A stretch of 64,000 nucleotides of DNA from an uncultured Thermodesulfobacteriota bacterium (GTDB lineage: Bacteria > Desulfobacterota > JBBIRW01): assembly GCA_964505185.1 (NCBI GenBank), contig CAZDGM010000006.1, positions 10,944 through 74,943 on the forward strand, given 5' to 3'. The translations under genes and the position numbers were made by a program. The first letter of the stretch is position 1, and each line of letters starts with the position of its first letter. Positions 49,739 to 58,257 of this stretch are shown one piece after another. Below the pieces are notes generated by a model. That model was not told where the DNA came from and did not search any database. It saw only the letters and a list, made by a program, of their open reading frames with translations.

Positions 49739-50853
49739 TTTCCTTGATTTGAGAATATACCTTCAACAAATGCTTCAATTCTGTTTGCTATTTGATCTTT
49801 TCCTGACAATCTATGATCAACTTCAAGTAAAATGACAGGTATACCTTCATTGTTTAGTTTGTTTTTGATAATAGGAAATTCCATTGCATCATTATCACAG
49901 AATCTCATAAGTAGAAATATTACACCTTTTGCTTCTGCTTCCCTGATTTCACTTAGTAAATGTTCATGTCTTCTTTCGGTTGGATGTTTTGTTGAACATG
50001 GAATCTTATTTATATATCTTTTACTGATCGAATACAGACAACCTTTTTCATGATTTTCCTCAATATTTCCGATAAAATATCTTGTTCCAAATGCCAGATC
50101 ATCCGAGACCACATCAATATCATACTTGTCTAACATTTCAAAAAGCTCAACAGAATCATTCATCATGCCGGATATTATAACAGGTATCTTTTTGGATTCC
50201 GCGGGCTTAGATAATCTTCTTTCTTGAATAAATTTTTCAATTTCTCCAATAAATTCGATGGGATCCATCAATCCAGCAGATATGATGAGGGATATATATT
50301 CCTTATTGTTCATGTTGATAAGCTTTTTCTTCCTCAGGTCATTCAATTTTTTTAAGATGTCCCTCTTCCTGTTAAATACCATTACCGAATTAATTAATTC
50401 CGACTCTGAAACGCTTCTACCTGATTTTTTTTCCAGGAAATAGCAGAGCTGCCTTAATTCTGTTAAAAGATATTCAATGGCATCCTCGCTTATAATAGAA
50501 GGATATTTTATGTAATATACCCAGCTGTTGTAATTCTCCTGTCTCAATACTTCGTAAATACCTCTGATGGAGTCACAGTATCTTGTGAATACATAACCCT
50601 CAATGGGTGTAAAGTCTCCTCTTAATGCCTGTTCAAGTATTGATCTTGCAAAATTGCATGCGAATGATGCAATTACATTGTCGGTCTCTGTAAGGTCCAT
50701 ATCCTTTCCCGTTAAACGGATGGGATGGAATCCGTATGAATAAGCGATTTCTTCCGGGAAATAGGGGTCCATGTATCCAATAAGCCTTTTTCCTTCATTG
50801 TGTAATCGATGGATGTAGCTACAAGGGTCAAGCGCTATTTCGGCAAACTTCAT
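49735..50853 (-). CDS. 2-hydroxyacyl-CoA dehydratase / benzoyl-CoA reductase subunit (HgdB/BzdN/BcrC-like); start reassigned to ATG 50853
   Basis: PEEIA..G..P, ACNF, YCDS, SDDLAFG and FCD motifs. The listed N-terminal extension contains the sigma54 promoter; GGGGA RBS precedes 50853. Confidence 0.86.
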   Translation of the reverse strand: MKFAEIALDPCSYIHRLHNEGKRLIGYMDPYFPEEIAYSYGFHPIRLTGKDMDLTETDNVIASFACNFARSILEQALRGDFTPIEGYVFTRYCDSIRGIYEVLRQENYNSWVYYIKYPSIISEDAIEYLLTELRQLCYFLEKKSGRSVSESELINSVMVFNRKRDILKKLNDLRKKKLINMNNKEYISLIISAGLMDPIEFIGEIEKFIQERRLSKPAESKKIPVIISGMMNDSVELFEMLDKYDIDVVSDDLAFGTRYFIGNIEENHEKGCLYSISKRYINKIPCSTKHPTERRHEHLLSEIREAEAKGVIFLLMRFCDNDAMEFPIIKNKLNNEGIPVILLEVDHRLSGKDQIANRIEAFVEGIFSNQGN

Positions 50854-50898
50854 GGATACATCCCCATTCTTAAAAATAAAACGCCATTTATTTAGAAA

Positions 50899-50914
50899 AG
50901 CAATTGATGTGCCA
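50899..50914 (-). promoter_or_regulatory. sigma54 promoter of the reductase/dehydratase-paaK-liv-ior operon
   Basis: Minus strand TGGCACATCAATTGCT is an exact TGGCAC-N5-TTGCW consensus, 46 bp upstream of ATG 50853. Confidence 0.88.
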
Positions 50915-51087
50915 TTTCTTATTATTCCTTTCACCCTTTGCAATTTTTTCCTTTTGAATAACAATAACTTTTTTTATTAGGTTATGATTAAAACATTCAA
51001 AATTATTTTAATCCATCAGTAATGTTTAATATTATAGACATTTTAAGGGAAAAGTAAAATCTTTTTAGAAGGATGTGGTCCTTAGAA

Positions 51088-51123
51088 TGACCTTAATTTT
51101 GGACATGAATTGATAGAAGGACA
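51088..51123. promoter_or_regulatory. Putative bEBP upstream activating sequences (tandem 18-bp sites)
   Basis: TGACCTTAATTTTGGACA and TGAATTGATAGAAGGACA; the first shares the TTTGGACA core with the sites at 34288-34368. Confidence 0.5.
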
Positions 51124-51126
51124 GTA

Positions 51127-51456
51127 TTATTCCCTTATCTCCCCCTTCTCCCTCAATACCATTAATAGTTTTTCAATCCCAGCTTTTGCTACAATCATAT
51201 CCTCCTCTGGGGTCCCAGAGCTACAACCTACACCACCTATAACCTGCCCCTCAACAATAATGGGTAAACCTCCACCGAATATTGTAAATCGCCCCTGATT
51301 GCTTACATGGATTCCAAATGCAGGGCCTTTAGGTAATGCTATATCCCTGTATTCATGGGTTCCTTTACGTGTTCCAGCAGATGTATATGCCTTATTTATT
51401 GCAATATCTATGCTCGTCAATTTTGCCATGTCCATTCTATGGAATAGAAGGAGATT
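51127..51456 (-). pseudogene. 5'-truncated GlcG/HbpS-like heme-binding protein
   Basis: In-frame NLLLFHRMD.AKLTSIDIAINKAYTS...GGLPI...GGVGCS.G...D matches GlcG/PduO-C. The first ~35 residues are absent, and an in-frame TGA lies at 51472-51474 with no upstream start. Confidence 0.62.
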
Positions 51457-51493
51457 TAATAATATTTCTTTTCACCATTTGTGTAAAAATATT

Positions 51494-52927
51494 CTAAATC
51501 GATGCAGAGATTTTCTTTCCTGTTCTTCTTGCAACACCAGTTTTCTGTGCTGCCTTTATTACTTCCTGAGCAACCTTCTTTGCAACCCTTTTGTCAAAAA
51601 CGCTCGGTATTATGTATTCCTCAGAAAGTTCACTTTTTCCTATCACTGAAGCTATGGCATGAGCAGCAGCTATTTTCATCTCATCATTTATATCAACTGC
51701 CCTGCAATCAAGAACACCCCTGAAGAGACCTGGAAAACAGAGAACATTATTAATCTGATTTGGATAGTCTGATCTTCCTGTTGCCATAATTCTAACATAA
51801 GGGAGGGCCTCCTCAGGCATGATCTCCGGTATAGGGTTTGCCATCGCAAAGACAATTGGATCCTTTGCCATAAGTTTCAGATCCTTCTGTTCAATAACAC
51901 CCGGGCCTGAAAGACCTATAAATACATCGGCATTCTCAAGTGCCTCTTTAATAGAGCCGGTGAACGCTTCCTTATTTGTATGTTCCGCAATCCATTCCTT
52001 AATAGGGTTCATGTTTTCCTGCCTTCCTTTATATATAGCTCCATTTCTGTCGCACATGATAATATTCTTAACCCCTGCATTCATGAGCAGTTTCGCTGTT
52101 GCAATGGCAGCGGCACCAGCCCCTGAAAAAACGATCTTTATCTCTTCAAACCTCTTCTTGACTATCTTCAATGCATTTATCAATGCTGCAAGCACTACCA
52201 CTGCAGTCCCATGCTGATCATCGTGAAATACAGGGATATCCAGTTCTCTTTTTAATCTTTCCTCAATCTCGAAACATCTGGGGGCTGAGATATCCTCCAG
52301 AACAATGCCACCAAACGTTGGGCTTATAATCTTTATGGTCCTTACTATTTCATTCACATCCTTTGTTTGTAAACATATGGGGAATGTGTCCACGCCACCG
52401 AACTCCTTAAAAAGCATGGCTTTTCCTTCCATAACAGGGAGCGCAGCTTCAGGGCCAATATCACCGAGTCCTAATACAGCTGTTCCATCTGTAACTATCG
52501 CAATCGTATTCTTCTTTATGGTAAGTTGAAAAAGCTTCGAGGGATCCTCTTTTATTGCCATGCATACCCGGGCAACTCCAGGCGTGTATACCATGGAGAG
52601 GGCATCCCTTGTTTTAATCTGGATTTTGTTTGAAATCTCAATCTTTCCACCAAGGTGAGCAAGGAAGGTCCTGTCGGATACATTTATTACTCTTACACCC
52701 TCAATCCATTTGAGTCTTTCAACAATCTGATGCGCATGCTTTACATCCCTCGTATTTATAGTGATATCCCTGAGAATTGTGTCTTTTCCAAATCCTGAAA
52801 TATCCACAGCACCGATATCTCCGCCCACTTCACCGATTGCTGATGTAACCTTTCCCAGCATCCCGGGCACATTTCTGATTTCAAGGCGGACAATGATACT
52901 ATAACTTGCGCTGGGTCGAGGTTCCAT
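51494..52927 (-). CDS. NAD(P)-dependent malic enzyme with N-terminal ACT domain
   Basis: N-terminal ACT (PGMLGKV); YTPGVA, VTDGTAVLGLG, EDI, HDDQHGT, GAGAA and NQINN motifs. Confidence 0.92.
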   Translation of the reverse strand: MEPRPSASYSIIVRLEIRNVPGMLGKVTSAIGEVGGDIGAVDISGFGKDTILRDITINTRDVKHAHQIVERLKWIEGVRVINVSDRTFLAHLGGKIEISNKIQIKTRDALSMVYTPGVARVCMAIKEDPSKLFQLTIKKNTIAIVTDGTAVLGLGDIGPEAALPVMEGKAMLFKEFGGVDTFPICLQTKDVNEIVRTIKIISPTFGGIVLEDISAPRCFEIEERLKRELDIPVFHDDQHGTAVVVLAALINALKIVKKRFEEIKIVFSGAGAAAIATAKLLMNAGVKNIIMCDRNGAIYKGRQENMNPIKEWIAEHTNKEAFTGSIKEALENADVFIGLSGPGVIEQKDLKLMAKDPIVFAMANPIPEIMPEEALPYVRIMATGRSDYPNQINNVLCFPGLFRGVLDCRAVDINDEMKIAAAHAIASVIGKSELSEEYIIPSVFDKRVAKKVAQEVIKAAQKTGVARRTGKKISASI

Positions 52928-52994
52928 TTCAATACTCCCATTGTTTTATTTTTTAAAAATTTAACATTTTGGTAGCTATTTTACAACTGAATTC

Positions 52995-53510
52995 TTAATA
53001 ACTCATGAGGGACAGGACTTCAACCGATGAAAGCTTTTCCCTCCCCTTAAGACTCTCAAGTTCTATAAGGAAGGAGCATCCAATAATAGTTCCTCCTGAT
53101 TTCCTTACAAGCTCTATCACTGCTGCAGCTGTTCCCCCGGTTGCAAGAACATCGTCCACAATAAGAATCCTTTCCCCGGGTATTATTGCATCTTCATGGA
53201 GCTCCAGTTCATCAAATCCATACTCAAGTTGATATGAGGCCCTTATTGATCTATAAGGAAGCTTCCCCTTTTTCCGCACAGGAACAATCCCAGCACCGAG
53301 CTTATAAGCAACTGCCGCACCAAGGATAAACCCTCTTGCCTCGATACAAACTACTTTATCAACCCCCCTTTCGAGAAAGGGGTGGGCCATAAGATCAACA
53401 GCCCTGTTAAAGGCATATCTACTTTTCAGAAGTGGTGTTATGTCTTTAAAGCTTATCCCTGGTCTTGGCCAGTCTGGGATTTCCCTTATATATTTTTTAA
53501 GATCCTCCAT
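52995..53510 (-). CDS. apt: Adenine phosphoribosyltransferase
   Basis: IPDWP.PGISFKDITP, EARGF, RKKGKLP and VDDVLATGGT motifs. Confidence 0.96.
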   Translation of the reverse strand: MEDLKKYIREIPDWPRPGISFKDITPLLKSRYAFNRAVDLMAHPFLERGVDKVVCIEARGFILGAAVAYKLGAGIVPVRKKGKLPYRSIRASYQLEYGFDELELHEDAIIPGERILIVDDVLATGGTAAAVIELVRKSGGTIIGCSFLIELESLKGREKLSSVEVLSLMSY

Positions 53511-53512
53511 GT

Positions 53513-53986
53513 TTATATATCCCCTTTTTTAATGATTCTAAATAGTACCTCCACAGCCTCCCGGGCTGTTTCGGCCTTTATTATACCTGGTATATCCCAT
53601 GTTTTTATCCCTACAATGGGTTTACCCATCTTCAATGCGAAAGCGATCTCAGAAAGCGTTCCATATTCACCACCTATTGCAATCAGTCCATCCGATGAGG
53701 AGACGACAATTACATTCCTTGCATGAGCAAGACCTGTTGTGATAGTGATCCCTATAAATTTATTGGCATCCCCCTTGGAATAAGTTGGAATTATCCCCAC
53801 AGCTATACCGCCCTCTTCCACAACACCCCTTGCTGCTGACTCCATTACCCCGCCAAGACCTCCACAAATAAGGACTGCACCCCTTTTCCCAATCTCTCTT
53901 CCCACATGATAGGCAATTTCGGCTATATTGCTGTCGCACTGACTCCCGCCAATTACACCTATTTGTAATCCCTTCTGGTCTCTCAT
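53513..53986 (-). CDS. TIGR00725 family (LOG/SLOG-like) protein
   Basis: CGGLGGVMES, ARN and GGEYGTLSE motifs. Confidence 0.88.
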   Translation of the reverse strand: MRDQKGLQIGVIGGSQCDSNIAEIAYHVGREIGKRGAVLICGGLGGVMESAARGVVEEGGIAVGIIPTYSKGDANKFIGITITTGLAHARNVIVVSSSDGLIAIGGEYGTLSEIAFALKMGKPIVGIKTWDIPGIIKAETAREAVEVLFRIIKKGDI

Positions 53987-54615
53987 GAGTTAAAATAAAC
54001 TCTAAGGATAAAGAATCCACCAATAAGCAGTAAAACGAATATTATGGTAAACAGGTTAAAATATTTTTCAATATAAATTTTTATCCTTTCTCCAAAAAAA
54101 TAGATCAATGAAGAGACAAGAAAGAAGCGGGCAGATCTGCTTATAAGCGATGCAATAATGAAGGTATAAAAATTGATAGCAAAGAAACCTGCTGCAATGG
54201 TAAAAACCTTATAGGGAACAGGTGTAAAGCCTGCTATCGCAACAGCTATTGCGTTATATTTATCGTAGAGGCGAGCAACATCGTTAAATCTGTCTGTAAG
54301 TCCATAAAATGCAATAATAGTTTTACCGATCCATTCCATAAATTTTAGACCGATCAGATATCCAAAGGCACCACCAGCTACAGAACCGATTGAGCATATT
54401 AAGGCAAAGATATAAGACTTTCGAGGTTTTGATAGGGAAAGCGTGATAAGAAGGATATCAGGTGGGATGGGAAAGAATGATGACTCCATAAATGCTATAG
54501 AAAAAAGTGCCCACTTCGAATATGGTGATTTTCCCAGTGAAAGGACCCAGTTATAAAGTCGGAGGAGATGATTTTCTTTGATTAATCCCCTTTCCACCCC
54601 CACTATTCTTCCCAC
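53983..54615 (-). CDS. YqaA/DedA-family (SNARE-associated) membrane protein
   Basis: ESSFFPIPPD, GFTPVPYK and SRSARFF motifs. Confidence 0.9.
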   Translation of the reverse strand: MGRIVGVERGLIKENHLLRLYNWVLSLGKSPYSKWALFSIAFMESSFFPIPPDILLITLSLSKPRKSYIFALICSIGSVAGGAFGYLIGLKFMEWIGKTIIAFYGLTDRFNDVARLYDKYNAIAVAIAGFTPVPYKVFTIAAGFFAINFYTFIIASLISRSARFFLVSSLIYFFGERIKIYIEKYFNLFTIIFVLLLIGGFFILRVYFNS

Positions 54616-55247
54616 CCGTATAAGCCAATAAGCCTTACAAATCTTACATCTCCGAGATCCATGTACTCAAGACCTTTTGGAGTTTTTCTTGCTGCATATA
54701 GTGTTTGTGAAAATTTTCCGCCAACTGGGATAACAATTATTCCCTCGATTTTTAATTGCTCAATCAATGGCTTTGGTATATCTGGTGAACCAGCTGTAAC
54801 AACTATTCCACTAAAGGGAGCCTCTTCAGGCCATCCGAGAGTCCCATCCCCAACCTTTATTTTTATATTTCTATAACCGAGGTTCTCAAGCAACTTCATT
54901 GCCTTATCAGCAAGGGACTGGAATCTCTCTATTGAACAGACATATGAACACAATTCTGCAAGAATTGCCGTTTGATAACCTGATCCTGTTCCTATCTCGA
55001 GGACTTTCTCATCCCCTTTTAGCTGCAGTGCCTCTGTCATCAGGGCAACAATGTAGGGCTGGGAAATAGTTTGATCCTCGCCTATGGGGAGCGGATAATC
55101 ACCATAAGCCCTGGATCTTAAGGATTCATCAACAAATAGATGTCTCGGCACCTTAAGCATTACCTCGAGAACCCTCTCATCCTTTATTCCTCTCCTCCTC
55201 AACTGTTCTTCAATCATCTGTTTTCGTGCCTTATAATATGGATCCAT
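54603..55247 (-). CDS. pcm: Protein-L-isoaspartate O-methyltransferase
   Basis: VPRHLFV, QTISQPY, LEIGTGSGY, GDGTLGW and VIPVG motifs. Confidence 0.96.
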   Translation of the reverse strand: MDPYYKARKQMIEEQLRRRGIKDERVLEVMLKVPRHLFVDESLRSRAYGDYPLPIGEDQTISQPYIVALMTEALQLKGDEKVLEIGTGSGYQTAILAELCSYVCSIERFQSLADKAMKLLENLGYRNIKIKVGDGTLGWPEEAPFSGIVVTAGSPDIPKPLIEQLKIEGIIVIPVGGKFSQTLYAARKTPKGLEYMDLGDVRFVRLIGLYGWEE

Positions 55248-55252
55248 TAATT

Positions 55253-56632
55253 TTAAATCCTTCTTTTAATCCCCCTCGCCCCTATAATACCGGAGATACA
55301 TGCCTGGATAAGGCCTCTCGAAACCCCAGCTCCATCACCAGCAGCAAAAAGATTTTTTATCTCTGTTTCCATTTCACTTATTAATTTTAGTCTCACAGAG
55401 TAAAACTTTACCTCCACACCATAAAGAAGCGTATGGGGAGACTTAACACCTGGTGCAATTGAATCGAGTGCATCTATCATTTCAATGATATTACTCAGAT
55501 GTCTGTAAGGCAGTGCAAAACTGAGATCACCTGGTACAGCAGCAGATAGCGTCGGTCTTACAATCCCTTTTGATATCCTTTCTGGTGTCGATCTTCTCCC
55601 AGCGATCAAATCTCCAAGCCTTTGAACAATTACCCCTCCGCTGAGTAAATTTGCAAGACCGGCTATGTATCTCCCGTATGAGATGGGATCATTGAATGGT
55701 GCAGTAAATTGTGTACTCACAAGAATGGCAAAGTTTGTGTTTTCAGTCTTGCGATCCCTATAACTATGACCATTTACAGTGAATACACCCTCAATATACT
55801 CATTTATTACCTCCCCATAAGGATTCATGCAGAACGTTCTTACCTTGTCGTCGAATTGCCTTGAATAATAAATGAATTTCCCTTCATAAACGACATCTGT
55901 AATATCCTTCAGCACCACGGCAGGGACTTCCACCCTTATACCAATATCAACGGGATTGTTAATAGTAGTTATATTTAATCTTTTTGCTTCTTCCTTCAAC
56001 CATTTTGATCCTTCCCTTCCAATGGCCAGAATAACAAAGGGTGCCGATATCTCTGTTCCATCATCAAGCAATACTCCAGTAACACTTCCTGCATGAGTCA
56101 ATATCCTTATTACATTCTTTCCAAAAAGAAGATCCATCTTTCCGGAAATCTTCTCCCTCATCTTTCTCAAGATTTGTCTGCAACCCTCAGTTCCGACATG
56201 CCTTATGGGTATGGGTATAAATTGGAGATTATGCTTTAATGCCTTATGCCTAAGTTCAATCGTAAAATCACTTTCTGTGCCATAAAGTGTTTGAGGTGCA
56301 CCAAATGACAAGAAGATCCCATCGGTATATTTAATCAATGAATCCAGTTCATCCTCCGGTAAATATTCACCCAGAAAGCCACCAACATCCATCGAAAGCG
56401 TAAGCTTACCATCACTGAATGCACCTGCCCCGCCCCATCCGGAAAGGATTGCCTTTCCAAAACCCGGTCCTTTTGTAGAAAGATTTTCATTAAGGTCGGC
56501 AAGTCTTTCATCTATATCCTTTCCTTTATCGATAATAAGAATTCTGAGTCCTCTTTTATCCATCAATTCCATTGCAGCAAAAATACCAGCAGGACCTGCC
56601 CCAACTATTATGACATCATATTCTTTTCTCAT
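55253..56632 (-). CDS. Uncharacterised NAD(P)/FAD-dependent oxidoreductase (HI0933/YhiN-related)
   Basis: GAGPAG, GGAGAFSDGKL, VRTFCMNP, GVEVKFYS and AGDGAG motifs. Confidence 0.85.
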   Translation of the reverse strand: MRKEYDVIIVGAGPAGIFAAMELMDKRGLRILIIDKGKDIDERLADLNENLSTKGPGFGKAILSGWGGAGAFSDGKLTLSMDVGGFLGEYLPEDELDSLIKYTDGIFLSFGAPQTLYGTESDFTIELRHKALKHNLQFIPIPIRHVGTEGCRQILRKMREKISGKMDLLFGKNVIRILTHAGSVTGVLLDDGTEISAPFVILAIGREGSKWLKEEAKRLNITTINNPVDIGIRVEVPAVVLKDITDVVYEGKFIYYSRQFDDKVRTFCMNPYGEVINEYIEGVFTVNGHSYRDRKTENTNFAILVSTQFTAPFNDPISYGRYIAGLANLLSGGVIVQRLGDLIAGRRSTPERISKGIVRPTLSAAVPGDLSFALPYRHLSNIIEMIDALDSIAPGVKSPHTLLYGVEVKFYSVRLKLISEMETEIKNLFAAGDGAGVSRGLIQACISGIIGARGIKRRI

Positions 56633-57396
56633 GCTATATCATGCTCGGAGAACCATTTTTTAAGGATTCCTATTGATTCATAATTTGTAAGATCCAGATG
56701 AAGTGGAGTAATGGAGATATATCCTTCTTTCACTGCAAGATAGTCGCTTTCCTCTATAGGCTCTGGAGCAAGGGATTCACCCCCTATCCAGTAGTATTTC
56801 CTCCCTCTTGGATCGATCTTCTCCACTATGCGATTGTTGAATCTCCTTTTGCCCTGCCTTGTAATTTTAAAACCTTTTATCATTTCCCATGGCAAATTCG
56901 GAACATTAATATTCAGCAATGTATCTCTGGGCCATTCATGCTTTAACATCTCATTTGCAAGCCTCTTTGCAAATTTCGCCGCAGAGTTAAAATGAAAATC
57001 GCCGCTTCCTGTAATGGATATGGCAAATGAGGGGATTCCGAGGATCATCCCCTCCATGGCCGCAGAAACTGTTCCTGAATATATAATATCCTCCCCCATA
57101 TTTCCGCCCTTATTTATACCTGATGCTACAAGTGAAGGTTTGGTCTCGAGGATCCCATTCACGCCAAGATAAACGCAATCAGCAGGTGTTCCATCAACTG
57201 AAAAAACTTTTTCGGAAAGTTTTTCCACTCTTAATGGGCGGTGCAGTGTGAGGGAATGACTTGCTGCACTCCTTTCTCTGTCTGGAGCAATTATGTATAC
57301 CTGTCCGAGATACTTAAGTTCCCTCGCAAGAACATGTAATCCTTCTGAATTTATACCATCATCATTTGTCAAAAGTATTATTGGTGGAGATGCCAT
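56629..57396 (-). CDS. surE: 5'/3'-nucleotidase SurE
   Basis: TNDDG, SAASHSLT, GTPADC, SGIN.G.N.G and YSGTV motifs. Confidence 0.96.
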   Translation of the reverse strand: MASPPIILLTNDDGINSEGLHVLARELKYLGQVYIIAPDRERSAASHSLTLHRPLRVEKLSEKVFSVDGTPADCVYLGVNGILETKPSLVASGINKGGNMGEDIIYSGTVSAAMEGMILGIPSFAISITGSGDFHFNSAAKFAKRLANEMLKHEWPRDTLLNINVPNLPWEMIKGFKITRQGKRRFNNRIVEKIDPRGRKYYWIGGESLAPEPIEESDYLAVKEGYISITPLHLDLTNYESIGILKKWFSEHDIA

Positions 57397-57489
57397 TTCC
57401 GAATATTAATGTTAACACCAAAGAGAGGTGCCATCAAATTCAAAATATATCTTCATTTCATGGGGAGCGGTGATTTAGAGAAATATAAA

Positions 57490-57563
57490 TCGGGGCGAGC
57501 GGATTTGAACCGCCGACCACACGCACCCCAAGCGTGTACGCTACCAGGCTGCGCCACGCCCCG
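57490..57563 (-). tRNA. tRNA-Pro(GGG), CCA not encoded
   Basis: Minus strand CGGGGCG-TG-GCGC-AGCCTGGTA-GCGT-A-CACGC-TTGGGGT-GCGTG-TGGTC-GGCGG-TTCAAAT-CCGCT-CGCCCCG-A folds as a cloverleaf; it is followed by TTT. Confidence 0.95.
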
Positions 57564-57564
57564 A

Positions 57565-57924
57565 TTAAACAAGTTTATCCCTCAATTCTTCAAGTCTTCT
57601 TTTTATCTCAAGCAATATCTTTCTCTGCCTTTTTTCCTCAAGCTGAAGTTTCAGCTGTTTTCTTTCCTGATTCATTAGATCCTTTAATTTCCTCTTTGCC
57701 CCATCAATGGTAAATTTATCTTCGTAGAGCAATTTCTTTATCTGCAAGAGATTTTCTATATCCTTTCTCCTGTAAAGTCTATGCCCTTTTCGTGATTTTA
57801 TGGGTTTTATAATATCAAATTCTTTTTCCCAGAATCTGAGCACATAAGGTTCAACATTGAGAATCTTACTGACCTCCCCGATTCTGAAATAAACCTTTTC
57901 TGGAACCTCTTTTTCCGTAATCAA
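57565..57924 (-). CDS. MerR-family transcriptional regulator
   Basis: YFRIGEVS, VLRFWE, R.YRRKD and FTIDGAK; conserved position after ihfA; start uncertain. Confidence 0.92.
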   Translation of the reverse strand: MITEKEVPEKVYFRIGEVSKILNVEPYVLRFWEKEFDIIKPIKSRKGHRLYRRKDIENLLQIKKLLYEDKFTIDGAKRKLKDLMNQERKQLKLQLEEKRQRKILLEIKRRLEELRDKLV

Positions 57925-57930
57925 GGCAGG

Positions 57931-58221
57931 CTACTTCTCCGTCATATTCATTGCATCCTTCATGAGCTGGCTTGGCTTGAAGGAAAGCACCCTTCTTGCT
58001 GATATTTCAATCTCTTCACCTGTTTGAGGATTCCTGCCTTTTCTTGTCTTTTTATTCCTCACTGAAAAGTTACCAAACCCGGATATCTTAACCTTCTCTC
58101 CATTTTTTAACGCCTCTTTTATGATATCAAAAACGCCCTCGAGGATATCTGAGGCATCCTTTTTTGATATACCTATCTTCGAATATATCATTTCAACCAA
58201 ATCGGCCTTTGTCATGGCCAA
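57931..58221 (-). CDS. ihfA: Integration host factor alpha
   Basis: MTKADL, VKISGFGNF, GRNPQTGEEIEISARRV and FKPS; follows pheT. Confidence 0.93.
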   Translation of the reverse strand: MAMTKADLVEMIYSKIGISKKDASDILEGVFDIIKEALKNGEKVKISGFGNFSVRNKKTRKGRNPQTGEEIEISARRVLSFKPSQLMKDAMNMTEK

Positions 58222-58257
58222 CCTCCAGTGAAAAGGATATTATATATTTTTGCATAA

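Noticed and set aside
50854-50964. N-terminal 37-aa extension of the dehydratase/reductase ORF, and similar extensions of pafA, two SDRs, hbd, iorB and nuoB
   Set aside because: The extensions are low-complexity or overlap promoters, terminators or upstream genes; downstream ATGs have good RBSs and match family N-termini.
51472-51474. In-frame TGA upstream of the GlcG-like fragment as a possible third Sec codon
   Set aside because: The flanking residues (HKW*KEILL) show no GlcG similarity, there is no start codon or RBS upstream, and no SECIS-like hairpin follows.
57409-57678. Listed + strand 89-aa ORF
   Set aside because: It is the antisense of tRNA-Pro and of the merR 3' end; shadow ORF.
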